Shown here: positions 27,936-38,044 of the stretch, in pieces
Position numbering within the stretch: the first letter of the stretch is position 1
Layout: the number at the start of each line of letters is the position of its first letter
Assembly: GCA_963836945.1 (NCBI GenBank)
Contig: CAWILL010000014.1
Span: forward strand, 106,486-170,485
Direction: 5' to 3'
Origin: an uncultured Acidobacteriota bacterium
GTDB lineage: Bacteria > Acidobacteriota > Terriglobia > Terriglobales > Acidobacteriaceae
Length of the DNA stretch: 64,000 nucleotides
The notes under the pieces: model-generated
The model's input: only the letters and a program-made list of their open reading frames with translations
What the model was told of the DNA's origin: nothing
The model's database searches: none
Program-made: the position numbers and the translations under genes

Positions 27936-30900
27936 TCAGAATTCCACGTTCGCTCGCAATTCGATGACGCGCGCCCCCCCGTTCGGGCTGTTGGGATTGC
28001 CCGCGTTCGCATTGGAGAGGGTTCCATTGCTAAGCCCAAATCCCCCACTTTGAATGACGTTGAAACCAAAGTTCGCAGCTCCGTTGGTTGCTCCGGGACC
28101 AAAAGTCGGGTGATTGAATGCATTGAGCATCTCGGCTTGCAGGCTGAAACGGAGCCTCTCGGTGATCGGGAAGCGCTTGGTGATCGAGATATCGTCGAAC
28201 GTATTATGCGGTCCGTAAAGCCAGACACGTTGCCCGATTGTACCGGGTGTAGTGTTCTGCGAAATAAACGCCGGATTGGCCCCTCCGCTGGGATTGAGGT
28301 ACTTAGGATTGATAAAGGCAACGCTCGTCGTCCCGGGTATGTGGTACGAGCCCACTCCACTCTGCAACTGTGAAGCCGTTATGCCGTTGAGTACGATGCC
28401 GCCATCACCGTAGTCGTTAAAGGTATTGGTTCCCCCGATCAGATAAAACGGGGCTCCGGTCTGGAAGGTGAAGATCGTGCCCACCGTCCAACCTCCGATG
28501 ATGTGGTCAATAACGCCGCCGCGATTCGCAAATTGCCTGCCCTTCCCAAATGGTAGATCGTAGCTCCCGCTGACGTGTATGACGTGTTTAAGGTCAAACA
28601 GAGCTGGTCCGTAGCTCAGGCGCATGTTGCGCAGGCTGAAAACGTTGGTTTGGCCTTGCCAATTGTTCTGAGTTCCCGTCCCAAGCGTGTGACTCCATGT
28701 GTAATTTGCGTCAAACTGCATTCCGTGCCACTGCCGTTGCCGGAAGTCGACTTGCATCGCGTTGTAGTTGGAGTAGCCCTCTGCGACCGCGTACGTTCCG
28801 CCCGGGCCGCCCGGAACAACGCCGTAGGGATTCGCGACAAAGAAGTTGATCGGATATCCCGCTCCCGGATTGGTTGAAGGGAAGCCAGCATTGTTGACGC
28901 AGGGAGCAAAACTTGCCCCGACCAGATTGCAGAAATAAGGCGCAGCGCCGTTGATATTAGCGAGCACGCCAGCCATGGCGCCTGCGGCTCCGTTATTTAA
29001 TTGGGTGATGAATCCGCTGTCACCGTAGTCCGCTAACGGTATACCAGCTCCGCCAGATGCCTCACCCGCGAATGCGGCATCGAAAAGAGGCAAGGCCTGC
29101 TGGCCGGCAAAACCATTGTTAGCAAATGAAGTGATGCCGTTGGCTGCATTTATGGCAAGGTTCTGTTGCGCTGCCTTGAACTGGCTAAGAAAACCGTTCT
29201 CAAAGATGTTAACTTCATTTGGATTGACTGTGATCCATTGGCGCAGAGTACGACTGCCAACATAGCGCAACTCGAGAGCACGGCTTTCGCCCAGTTGACG
29301 CTGGATGCCCAAATTCCACGACTCAGTGTAGGGCTGTTGAATATCTGACTTAATCCCATTCAGAGGTCCGAAGAAGCCTGGTCCGCCCAGGAACGTGAAA
29401 TCCGCTGCCGGTTCCGTCTTGAGGTAAGTCTGCGGCGAGCGTATGTAGGGTATTCCGAACGCAGTGGTGGGATCGCCGCCAGGAGTGAAATTGTCCATCG
29501 ACAATGTTCCCGGCACAAACGTGCCCGGCTGCCCAGTGGCATTCGCGTTGAGAGCGAATATCTGATAATAGTAGGCCTGATAATCCGTAGCCTGGTTCCA
29601 TACATATTGCTGGGGCTCGGTGAGTTTCCTTAACGAGAAACCGGCGCGAATCACGGTCTTGTCCCCACCAAGCCGCCCGCCGAATCCATTGTTGGAGGGA
29701 TTCCATGCGATGCCAATGGCAGGTTGCGGGGATACATTCCAATTTTGGTAGGCTTGGCTGATCTGAATCACTGACGGATTCGGATCGCCCTTGAAGGAAC
29801 CTGGATTGAAGAGATTCCAGACTCCGGACGGACCAAACATAGAACTGGTCGTCACCGAGTGATAGAGATTGGTAAGATCCCTGTCCGCTCGGGTAAAGTC
29901 CCAGCGCAGCCCAAAGTTGAGCGTGAGATTCGGCTTTATTCGATAGGAATCCTGAAAGAACAGGCCAGTGCCGCCAGTGACCTCATCAAGGTTGTACCTT
30001 CCCACCGCAGGTGTGTAGTCGTTGGTTGATGGGTTAAAGGCATAGCTTCCGCCCACACTCGCGATCCGAGCCGCAAGGATTGCGTAGAGTTGCTGCGCTT
30101 CGGCTTGGATATTCGTGTCGTTGGCAGTTGTATTCGGAAGTGTTCCACCAGCCGTAAAGGCGTTACGCGCAGGATCTCCGGTAGCCAATCCGAAATTGAC
30201 TACAGGAAAGCCTTGCACAGGGTTGTAATAGTGGTTCTGCTCGCGCCACCACGAGAACCCGAAATTCATGGTGTGCGCACCATGCTGCCAGGTCATCGTA
30301 TCGGACACATTAAAGATCGGATATAGAGTTTGGACACCCGTGTTGAAGACCGTCCCCGACATCATGGTGTTCTGCGGTCCGCCGATATTGGTGTAACTCC
30401 ATCCCAGTTGCGGGCTATTTATGTCTAGCGGACTTGCGCCCGCAGCAAACTGCTCGGCGTGGTACAGGTAGCCCCCGCGAAAGTCGTTGACTATGGTCGG
30501 AGACAGTGTCCAATCGAAACCAAAGCCGGCGGTGTAAAACTTGGCGGCATACCCGGCTCCGGTCTTCGCCCAATCGGATCCCGGAAAGTCGGGTGGCGAA
30601 CCGGGATCTCCTGAGCGGTTAATTTTGGTCATGTTCCAGGCGAGGTTGAAACGCATTTTCTGCGAAGCGTCGAAATCTACACGGACTGTGGGAAAGTACT
30701 GAGTGGTTGGATTCGGCACTTTCCAATTCAGGTTCTGAAGATTGGGATCACCTGCATTAGGACTCAGATTACCCGCAGACGCGGCGCTATTGGCAGCACT
30801 GAATACCTTCTGAGTGCTGTTTTGATTCACTTGTGTGGGCAAGGTTTGACCCTGCGCACATGAGGGGTTAGCGTTGCAGTTTGCTGCCAGCGTAAAAAGG

Positions 30901-31937
30901 TTGACGGTGTTCCCGTTGTAGCTGAAATTACCGGTTTGCGCTGCCTGGGTGAACAGGTAATTCAACGCGGTGTACGCGCCCGGTTGCTTGCTCTCAGCGT
31001 ACGTTCCAAAGAAGAAGAGCTTGTCTTTGATGATCGGGCCTCCGACGCTCACTCCAAACTCGTTGAGGATCAGATGATTTTTCTTCGCCGGGTTGGTTGG
31101 ATCGATCGCTGTGAGGGCGTCATTGAGCCAACTGTTTGCATCGAGAGATGAGTTTCTGAAATCCTCATAGACTCGGCCGTGAAAGGCATTGCTGCCTCGG
31201 CGAGTCACAAAATTGAGCTGCATATTGGACTGGCCAAACCCCTGGTCCAAGTTCAATTGCTCGGTCTGCACCGTCATTTCCTGCATGGATTCCAATCGCG
31301 GCTCTAAATCCGGAGCGTCATTTCCGCCAAATTTCATGCGACTCGTGCTACTGATGACGCCGTCGATGTTGTTCCCTTGCGCGATGGCCGGAAGCCCGTC
31401 GTACGTTCCGGATCCGTTGACGCCGCCGTACCCGGGCACCAGTTGCGACAGTGCTGCCAAGTTGCGGCCTTGCAGCGGCAGATCCTCGATCTGCTTCATG
31501 TCGATATTCGTTCCGATCGCATTCGTTGTCGTCTCCACGAGAGGGGCTGTGCCGCCTGTAACCTGCACCGTCTCGCTGATCGCGCCGACTTTCAAATTCG
31601 CAGTAATGTCAGTTGTCTTCGCCGCCTGGACAATCACATCAGTAAATTCCTGGCTCTGGAAACCTGCTTTTTTCACCGTCAGGCTGTACTTGCCGAGAGA
31701 CAAGCTCGGGAACGTATGAATGCCTTGCTCCTGAGTAGTCGCTCTGCGGATGCTGTTGGTCGCGATATCGCGAAGTTCCAGATCGGCGCCTTGCACCACG
31801 CTGCCGCTCGGATCCAGAACCGTAATGGTGACTGTGCCCTCAGAGCCGTGCTGGGCCTGAACGCTCGGCACACGGATTACAAGGAAAGCCGCAAGGGCGA
31901 TCACGACACATGCTGCAGATTTCGTGGCGAACTTCAT
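27936..31937 (-). CDS. TonB-dependent receptor with N-terminal carboxypeptidase-regulatory-like domain (1333 aa)
   Basis: Signal peptide, then a CarboxypepD_reg-like TVTITVLDPSGSVVQGADLELRD...GKYSLTVKKAGF, a plug region, a long beta-barrel, and a terminal aromatic residue (...LRANVEF). Confidence 0.9.
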   Translation of the reverse strand: MKFATKSAACVVIALAAFLVIRVPSVQAQHGSEGTVTITVLDPSGSVVQGADLELRDIATNSIRRATTQEQGIHTFPSLSLGKYSLTVKKAGFQSQEFTDVIVQAAKTTDITANLKVGAISETVQVTGGTAPLVETTTNAIGTNIDMKQIEDLPLQGRNLAALSQLVPGYGGVNGSGTYDGLPAIAQGNNIDGVISSTSRMKFGGNDAPDLEPRLESMQEMTVQTEQLNLDQGFGQSNMQLNFVTRRGSNAFHGRVYEDFRNSSLDANSWLNDALTAIDPTNPAKKNHLILNEFGVSVGGPIIKDKLFFFGTYAESKQPGAYTALNYLFTQAAQTGNFSYNGNTVNLFTLAANCNANPSCAQGQTLPTQVNQNSTQKVFSAANSAASAGNLSPNAGDPNLQNLNWKVPNPTTQYFPTVRVDFDASQKMRFNLAWNMTKINRSGDPGSPPDFPGSDWAKTGAGYAAKFYTAGFGFDWTLSPTIVNDFRGGYLYHAEQFAAGASPLDINSPQLGWSYTNIGGPQNTMMSGTVFNTGVQTLYPIFNVSDTMTWQHGAHTMNFGFSWWREQNHYYNPVQGFPVVNFGLATGDPARNAFTAGGTLPNTTANDTNIQAEAQQLYAILAARIASVGGSYAFNPSTNDYTPAVGRYNLDEVTGGTGLFFQDSYRIKPNLTLNFGLRWDFTRADRDLTNLYHSVTTSSMFGPSGVWNLFNPGSFKGDPNPSVIQISQAYQNWNVSPQPAIGIAWNPSNNGFGGRLGGDKTVIRAGFSLRKLTEPQQYVWNQATDYQAYYYQIFALNANATGQPGTFVPGTLSMDNFTPGGDPTTAFGIPYIRSPQTYLKTEPAADFTFLGGPGFFGPLNGIKSDIQQPYTESWNLGIQRQLGESRALELRYVGSRTLRQWITVNPNEVNIFENGFLSQFKAAQQNLAINAANGITSFANNGFAGQQALPLFDAAFAGEASGGAGIPLADYGDSGFITQLNNGAAGAMAGVLANINGAAPYFCNLVGASFAPCVNNAGFPSTNPGAGYPINFFVANPYGVVPGGPGGTYAVAEGYSNYNAMQVDFRQRQWHGMQFDANYTWSHTLGTGTQNNWQGQTNVFSLRNMRLSYGPALFDLKHVIHVSGSYDLPFGKGRQFANRGGVIDHIIGGWTVGTIFTFQTGAPFYLIGGTNTFNDYGDGGIVLNGITASQLQSGVGSYHIPGTTSVAFINPKYLNPSGGANPAFISQNTTPGTIGQRVWLYGPHNTFDDISITKRFPITERLRFSLQAEMLNAFNHPTFGPGATNGAANFGFNVIQSGGFGLSNGTLSNANAGNPNSPNGGARVIELRANVEF

Positions 31938-32006
31938 GATTCCTCCTCACGATGCCTGGCGACTAGAACGTCCGGCAGATCCCGGGACTCCCCCGCACAG
32001 GGTTTC

Positions 32007-32019
32007 AGCAAACGTTTTC
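32007..32019. promoter_or_regulatory. Pseudo-palindromic motif AGCAAACGTTTTC, copy 2, in the divergent TBDR / CRTAC1 intergenic region
   Basis: Identical 13-mer to 15963-15975. It lies about 70 nt upstream of the TBDR start (31937) and of the CRTAC1 start (32087). Confidence 0.4.
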
Positions 32020-32086
32020 CCAATTGCGGGATTTTGTATACTTTATTCGCCGTCGTTGTCAACCTCAAAGTTTCTCTGGTGTCCGG

Positions 32087-33862
32087 ATGCCCTTACAATG
32101 CCCCCGGAACCCCGATCGAAAGGCACCCGTGAAGCCGTCCGGCGTCTCCAGACGCGAGCTACTCAAGCAGATGGGCTATCTCTCGCTGGCGCTCGCCACC
32201 CCCGCTCGTGCCTTCAATCCAGAGAACCGGAGCCATGCCACCTTCGTTGACGTCGCGGCACAAGCAGGCATCTCCTTCCGCCACGACAACGCGTCCTCTG
32301 CGGAGAAGTATCTGATCGAGACGATGGGCTCCGGATGTGGCTGGATCGACTACGACCAGAACGGACTGCTCGATCTCTATCTGGTCAACGGCGCCGCCAC
32401 CCGCGTGTACGCGCCGCAACAGCCGCTGCGCAGCGCTCTTTACCGCAACAATGGCGACGGCAGCTTCACCGACGTCACGGCCAAAGCTGGAGTCGGAGCC
32501 GAAGGACTTTTCGGAATGGGCGTGGCTGTCGGCGATTATGACAACGACGGCTTTCCCGACCTGTTCGTGCTCGGTTATGGCCGCTGCATTCTCTATCACA
32601 ACAACGGAGACGGCAGCTTCACCGATACGACCGCTCGAGCGGGCGTACAGAACTCGGGATTGTGGGCATCGAGCGCGGCCTGGTTCGATTATGACAACGA
32701 CGGAAAGCTCGACCTTATCATCGCCAACTATGTCGACTGGTCCCCCGAGCGTAACTTCTTTTGCGGCGACCGCGGCCCCGGCATGCGCAGCTACTGCCAT
32801 CCGGATGACTTTCACGGCCAGCCTCCGACTCTTTACCACAACAATGGGGACGGCACTTTCACCGACGTCAGCAAGTCTTCCGGAGTCGGATTGAAGGGAG
32901 GGAACGGCCTCGGCGTGGTGACGTTCGACTACGACAACGACGGCTGGCAGGACATTTTCATCGCCAATGACCACATGCCCAACTTCCTGTTTCACAACAA
33001 TCGTGATGGAGCTTTTCGCGAAGTGGGATATCTGGCCGGAGTCGCCGTCAGCGCCGACGGCCAGTTCGAGGCCGGCATGGGCACCGACGCTGCCGACACC
33101 ACCGGAAACGGACGGCTCGATCTCATCGTTGGCCATCTGGATATGCAACTCGCCCGCGTCTACCAGAACATGGGTGACCAGACATTCGAAGATGCGACTC
33201 TCCGCTCGAAGCTCTCGTACTCGACGTATCACATGAGCACCTTCGGAGCGCGCTTCATGGATTACGACAACGATGGCTGGCGTGACCTGTTTCTGGCGAA
33301 CGGCCACGTGCTCGATAACATCGAGCGCTACCACGCCGACACCAAGTACGCCGAGCCTAAGATGATGTTCCGCAACACGGGGAGCGGCATCTTCGAGAAC
33401 GTCAGCGACCAGCTTGGGTCTGATTTTCAGCTGCCTCGCGTAAGCCGCGGCGCGGCCATCGGCGATTTCGACAACGACGGCGACCTGGATATCCTGATCA
33501 ACAATTGCGGACAGGCCCCACAACTCCTGCGCAATGATGGCGGCAATGCGAACCACTGGCTGGAAATCCTCCTGATCGGAACCAAGTCGAACCGCGACGG
33601 CGTGGGCGCGCGCGTCAAAGTCACAGCGGGAGATCTCCTTCTCGATGACCAGCGAAAGGGCGGGATGAGCTACCAGTCCGCGCAGGATCCGCGGCTGCAT
33701 TTCGGGTTGGGCCAGCGTTCATCCGTAGAATCGATTGAGATTGTCTGGCCCAGCGGCAGCGTAACCAAGCTTGCCAACATCAAAGCGGACCAGATCATTG
33801 CGGTGAAAGAGGGAGCGGGGATTGTGGAGCGTCCATTCCCTTGCGTTCGAGCCTCTGGCTGA
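32087..33862 (+). CDS. CRTAC1 family protein (FG-GAP/VCBS repeats + ASPIC/UnbV domain), Tat signal
   Basis: SRRELLKQMGYLSLALATPARA. Repeated NNGDGSFTDVT...D(Y/F)DNDG(x)DL units. C-terminal GGMSYQSAQDPRLHFGLG...IEIVWPSG. An in-frame GTG at 32129 is an alternative start. Confidence 0.85.
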   Translation: MPLQCPRNPDRKAPVKPSGVSRRELLKQMGYLSLALATPARAFNPENRSHATFVDVAAQAGISFRHDNASSAEKYLIETMGSGCGWIDYDQNGLLDLYLVNGAATRVYAPQQPLRSALYRNNGDGSFTDVTAKAGVGAEGLFGMGVAVGDYDNDGFPDLFVLGYGRCILYHNNGDGSFTDTTARAGVQNSGLWASSAAWFDYDNDGKLDLIIANYVDWSPERNFFCGDRGPGMRSYCHPDDFHGQPPTLYHNNGDGTFTDVSKSSGVGLKGGNGLGVVTFDYDNDGWQDIFIANDHMPNFLFHNNRDGAFREVGYLAGVAVSADGQFEAGMGTDAADTTGNGRLDLIVGHLDMQLARVYQNMGDQTFEDATLRSKLSYSTYHMSTFGARFMDYDNDGWRDLFLANGHVLDNIERYHADTKYAEPKMMFRNTGSGIFENVSDQLGSDFQLPRVSRGAAIGDFDNDGDLDILINNCGQAPQLLRNDGGNANHWLEILLIGTKSNRDGVGARVKVTAGDLLLDDQRKGGMSYQSAQDPRLHFGLGQRSSVESIEIVWPSGSVTKLANIKADQIIAVKEGAGIVERPFPCVRASG

Positions 33863-33883
33863 CGAGGCCTCCTGCCAAACGAC

Positions 33884-35071
33884 TCACTGCGGCGAGGGAG
33901 AAGTGTTCCCGCCGTAGCTGATTTTGCGCTCGCCCGGCGCAGAGCGGATTCGCTCCGCTTGTGCCTGATTCAAACTCTCTAACTTTGCGAGGGCCTCCTG
34001 CGCGCGTTGCGGGTCTCCCTTACGCTGATATGCCTTGGCCAGACTCGCATAGATCGACGGCTGATCGGGTCTCATCTGCCGCGCTGTCTCCAGATGCGCA
34101 ATGGCATCATCAAGGTGACCGCCCAGTAGATAGACCTGGCCGAGCGCAATTTGCGACGCAGGATCATTTGGATGCTGTGCGACTGACATCTCCAGAGCGT
34201 CCTGCGCTTCGACGAATTCCGGCTGGCCGGGCACAATCCCGGACCGCAGCAACGCCTTCCCCAGAATCACGAGGAGAGCCGGATTCTGAAATCCATGCTT
34301 CCTGCCATCGCGTGCCATTCGAATGGCTTCAGGAATATTGCCGCTGAGCAGATTCTCGTACGCCGCCGAGAGATATCCGATCTCGGTACCCTGCCCGAGT
34401 TTGCCGGCTAATTCAAAGTCCGCCTTGGCGCGGTCGAACTGATCCAGCTGGGTCAGGAACTGTCCTCTTTCGTAGTGCAGCCGCGCCGACTGCGGAAGAT
34501 TGCGCAGCCCGATCTCCACCACTTTCAAACCGAGTTCAAAATCCTGATTGTCCGTACATGCATCCCCGACAAAAGTAAAAAGTTTTTCGTTCTGCGGTGA
34601 AATCGCAGCGCCACGTTCAAGGGCGGCCAGAGCATCGCTACGGTTGCCATTGCCGATATAAGCCTGCGCCAACAGATTCTCGATGTCAGCATTCTCATGG
34701 CCTTGTCGCCGCAGGGCGCCCAGAACCTCAACCGCGTTCTTGTACTCACCCGCTCCCACATAGCACAAGCTCAGGTTGAATTCGAGAGCGTATTCATTCC
34801 TCACATTTCCACGGGCTGCCAGCAGATGTGGGATCGCTTCCTTGAATCGGCCTTGGCGCGTAAGAGCCGTTCCACGCTCCAGGTCATCTCGCGCCTGCGC
34901 CGATGCAGATTGTAGCGACGTCGAGGATGCGTTCTGGTCAATGGATTGATTCGCGCGAGTTGGTGCGGAGACAGGCGGGCTTGCAGGTGTGACCTGACCA
35001 AGGCACGGACAACGTGGCACAAGGCCCATCACGATCACGAGTTTCCAGCAACTCGCCTGCACGGTGCTCAT
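33884..35071 (-). CDS. Tetratricopeptide repeat protein (secreted)
   Basis: Start trimmed to MSTVQASCWKLVIVMGLV. Multiple TPR-like A/Y/G-spaced helices (GRFKEAIPHLLAA, GEYKNAVEVL, GHLDDAIAHLETA). Confidence 0.8.
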   Translation of the reverse strand: MSTVQASCWKLVIVMGLVPRCPCLGQVTPASPPVSAPTRANQSIDQNASSTSLQSASAQARDDLERGTALTRQGRFKEAIPHLLAARGNVRNEYALEFNLSLCYVGAGEYKNAVEVLGALRRQGHENADIENLLAQAYIGNGNRSDALAALERGAAISPQNEKLFTFVGDACTDNQDFELGLKVVEIGLRNLPQSARLHYERGQFLTQLDQFDRAKADFELAGKLGQGTEIGYLSAAYENLLSGNIPEAIRMARDGRKHGFQNPALLVILGKALLRSGIVPGQPEFVEAQDALEMSVAQHPNDPASQIALGQVYLLGGHLDDAIAHLETARQMRPDQPSIYASLAKAYQRKGDPQRAQEALAKLESLNQAQAERIRSAPGERKISYGGNTSPSPQ

Positions 35072-35096
35072 CACCACGCTTCCCCGCCTCACTGCG

Positions 35097-36827
35097 CTAC
35101 TTCCACTTGCCCTCTCCCTCCACGATCGTGACGTATCTGTCGATCGGCAGATCAATAACCCGTTCTTTCTTCCCGCTCGGCTGCGGCCACTCTACTTCGA
35201 GCCAATCGATCTTCGTTCGCTTACCGAATCCAAGTACCATTCGCGGGTCGTGGGATGATAGATAGCTTCCGCCACCGACCTTGAACTTATGTCGCAGCAA
35301 ATCACCCGCCTGGTATGTAATCTTCGCGCCGATTGGGTCGATGTTCGATTTCGTTCCCACCAAGCGAACTCCCAACCAGTGATTCTCTCGCCCCGCCAGG
35401 TTACGCAGGAGAATTGGCGCGCCGTTATTCTGGGAGATCAACAGATCCACCGCACCATCATTATCGAAGTCTCCGATCGCCAGGCCGCGCGCCGCGAGTG
35501 GCTTCGAAAAAGCTGGGCCGCTCTGCTGGCTGACATTCTGAAATCCCTTACCCGTATTGCGAAACAGCAACATCGGTTCCCGGAATTTTACCCCTTCGAT
35601 TCTCTTCTCGACCGTGTCGTCGGGATGCCCGTTGCAAAGCAGCAAGTCAAGATCGCCGTCATTGTCGTAATCAAGGAACTTCAGGCCCCATCCGCTCATC
35701 AGCCGTGTAGCCACCCCAATGCCATTGGGATTGGAAACGTCGCTGAACACTTCGTCCTTATCATTGTGGTAGAGCGAGTACATCTCCTGATCAACATTGG
35801 CTTCGAACAGGTCGATCCACCCATCTTGATCGTAGTCCGCCGCGTCGACTCCCATCCCCGAGCGGGCTTTGCCAAAGCTGCTGACGCCCACGCCCGCAAG
35901 AATCCCGATCTCTTCAAATCGTCCTTTGCCCCGGTTGGCAAACAGAAAATTCGGCACCGTATCGTTAGTCACGTACAGATCCATTCGTCCATCATTGTTC
36001 ACATCGGCGGCCACAACTCCCCAGGCCTTGGCACGCGACTGCGCAATCCCTGATGCCTTACTCACGTCCGTGAACGTGCCGTCTCCATTATTATGAAATA
36101 GCCAGCACGGCATGGCGTCGTAGATGCTCGGAATGCAGTAATGACGCTCTCCGGTGATCAGGTCGCCGCAGAACTTCAGCTTGGCTTTGCTGTAGTCGAC
36201 AAATCGGCACACGAACAGATCAAGCCGCCCATCGTTGTCATAGTCGAACCATACCGCACTAGTCGCCCATCCGGGCGCCCCCACTCCCGCTTTGGCCGTA
36301 ACGTCGGTGAAAGTCCCGTCTCCATTGTTGTGATAGAGGATGCTGTGGGGATACTGCGTGACATACAAATCCGGAAGGCCGTCTCCGTCATAATCCCCAA
36401 CCGCCACGCCCATGCCATACGCATTTCCTGGCACACCGGCTTTTTGCGTTACATCAGTAAACGTGCCATCGCGATTGTTGTGGTAAAGGGCATTGCGCAG
36501 TGGTGTAGACGGCTCGTAAAAATCGCAGGGCCCGCTGTTTACGAGGTAAATGTCCATCCACCCGTCATTGTCGTAATCAACAAAAGCGCAGCCCGCGCCG
36601 ACGGTTTCCGGCAAATGGGCCATCGGCGAACGGCCGCTGACATGCGTCCAGGCGATGCCGCTGGTGGTCGTGGGAATCTCTTCGAACGCGGCAGTCGATG
36701 CGACTGCATCCGCGGCCGAGAACAGAGAAGGCGCCCAGATTCCGCTTCGGAGCCCGGCAACCCCCAGCAACTGAAGAAATCTGCGGCGAGAAAATGAATG
36801 GCCCCGCGGCTTCCGACGTCTCATCAT
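35097..36827 (-). CDS. CRTAC1 family protein (FG-GAP/VCBS repeats + ASPIC/UnbV domain), Tat signal
   Basis: [13 protein letters not shown], the same repeat architecture as 32087-33862, and C-terminal [18 protein letters not shown]...[10 protein letters not shown]. Confidence 0.85.
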   Translation of the reverse strand: MMRRRKPRGHSFSRRRFLQLLGVAGLRSGIWAPSLFSAADAVASTAAFEEIPTTTSGIAWTHVSGRSPMAHLPETVGAGCAFVDYDNDGWMDIYLVNSGPCDFYEPSTPLRNALYHNNRDGTFTDVTQKAGVPGNAYGMGVAVGDYDGDGLPDLYVTQYPHSILYHNNGDGTFTDVTAKAGVGAPGWATSAVWFDYDNDGRLDLFVCRFVDYSKAKLKFCGDLITGERHYCIPSIYDAMPCWLFHNNGDGTFTDVSKASGIAQSRAKAWGVVAADVNNDGRMDLYVTNDTVPNFLFANRGKGRFEEIGILAGVGVSSFGKARSGMGVDAADYDQDGWIDLFEANVDQEMYSLYHNDKDEVFSDVSNPNGIGVATRLMSGWGLKFLDYDNDGDLDLLLCNGHPDDTVEKRIEGVKFREPMLLFRNTGKGFQNVSQQSGPAFSKPLAARGLAIGDFDNDGAVDLLISQNNGAPILLRNLAGRENHWLGVRLVGTKSNIDPIGAKITYQAGDLLRHKFKVGGGSYLSSHDPRMVLGFGKRTKIDWLEVEWPQPSGKKERVIDLPIDRYVTIVEGEGKWK

Positions 36828-36845
36828 TCGGTCCCGATCGTTCTA

Positions 36846-37838
36846 TTATTGTTGCGGAAAAGTGCGCGGCGCCTTCGCGGCCGTCTCCTGCTGCAATGCC
36901 ATCTCTCTTTGCGCATCTTGCTTGCGGCCGGTCCGCGCATACGCCGTTGCCAACTGATAGTGACCCGCCGGATCATCGGGCTGCATCTTCACATAGTTTT
37001 CCAGCGGCGTGACCGCATCGGCAAACTTCCCGGCAGCGTTCATCGAGATCCCCAGAGCAAGGTAGGCCTCCACAAACCCTTCATCCAATTTTGTGGCTCT
37101 CCCAAAGTGGCGGATGGCCTCCTCCCACTGCCCTGCCTGTCGCGCAATTTCGCCCAGCAGAAACTCAGACGCGGCGCTGTCGGGGTCAATCTTCAATTCC
37201 TCTTCAAATTCCTTCTTCGCGTCCTCGGAATCCGGAGGAGTCTTTGTCAGAAACAATCTTCCAAGCCTGTAATGAATCCCATGGCGCTGCGGATTTTGCT
37301 CGAGAATTCTCTGGTACTGCGTGACCGCCTTATCCCAGTCGCCTTGTGACTCGAACGCCTCCGCCTCAAGCTGCTGTGCCTGCGCCGACGAGGGAGCCGC
37401 CGACGCCAGCTCATGCGACGCTTTCAACGCCAGCTCGGAATAGTAGTGGGTTGTGAGATACAGAACTTCCGGATCCTTCCGAAAGCTGCGGTTGAGCTCG
37501 AGCAACGTTCTGACGGCAGTCTCCGTCTGCTCCAGTCCCATGGCGCAGCGCGCTGTTGACATCAGCAAGTCATACTTGAAGTCCTTATTCGTAATTTCCG
37601 CAACGGCCTTTTTGAGGATCGGCAGTGCCTCCTTGCACCGCCCTTTCGATGCCAGGGAAATTCCGCGCTCTGCGGCGCTGGAACTGCCCTCCGCAGGCGC
37701 TTTCGTCTTTACTTGTGCACTCGTTGTGACACACATCAACGTCACTGCAGCAGCCATAAGAGTCCGATTGCGGTACCGCACAGAAATAGCCAACCCCGGG
37801 TCCATAGCGTTTGCGCGGAGTATATCCTCACGTGTCAT
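36846..37838 (-). CDS. Tetratricopeptide repeat protein
   Basis: TPR-like repeats (GRCKEALPILKKA, GDWDKAVTQYQRILEQNP, GQWEEAIRHFGRATKLD, GKFADAVTPLENYV). The start is uncertain (37838, or ATG 37805). Confidence 0.8.
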   Translation of the reverse strand: MTREDILRANAMDPGLAISVRYRNRTLMAAAVTLMCVTTSAQVKTKAPAEGSSSAAERGISLASKGRCKEALPILKKAVAEITNKDFKYDLLMSTARCAMGLEQTETAVRTLLELNRSFRKDPEVLYLTTHYYSELALKASHELASAAPSSAQAQQLEAEAFESQGDWDKAVTQYQRILEQNPQRHGIHYRLGRLFLTKTPPDSEDAKKEFEEELKIDPDSAASEFLLGEIARQAGQWEEAIRHFGRATKLDEGFVEAYLALGISMNAAGKFADAVTPLENYVKMQPDDPAGHYQLATAYARTGRKQDAQREMALQQETAAKAPRTFPQQ

Positions 37839-38044
37839 CGATCGCCAACTGAGACGTCGTTATCGTTTGCTAGGAGGTTCAGCTGCGACTCCGGAGCTAG
37901 AGCGGACTTCCCCCGCCGCCGACAAAGGCTGACGCGAGAATTGACAGTTGGCACGCGATCAGATTGAATGAAATGTGTGTCTGCCTCCGGCTGTGAGCTG
38001 GGGTTCAGCCGCTTCACTTCAATTCAGGAATTCAGGAGCACCAC

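Noticed and set aside
32003-32019. Reading the motif upstream of the TBDR as a sigma-54 promoter (minus strand TGGGAAAACGTTTGCT has GG-N10-GC)
   Set aside because: The second identical copy, upstream of GH127, lacks the -24 GG (TAAGAAAACGTTTGCT). The shared part is palindromic, which fits a dimeric repressor operator better.
32159-33700. 513-aa ORF on the minus strand
   Set aside because: It is antisense to the CRTAC1 gene, whose FG-GAP/UnbV repeats are unmistakable on the plus strand. The antisense product is Val/Ala/Gly/His-rich low-complexity sequence, typical of shadow ORFs in GC-rich DNA.
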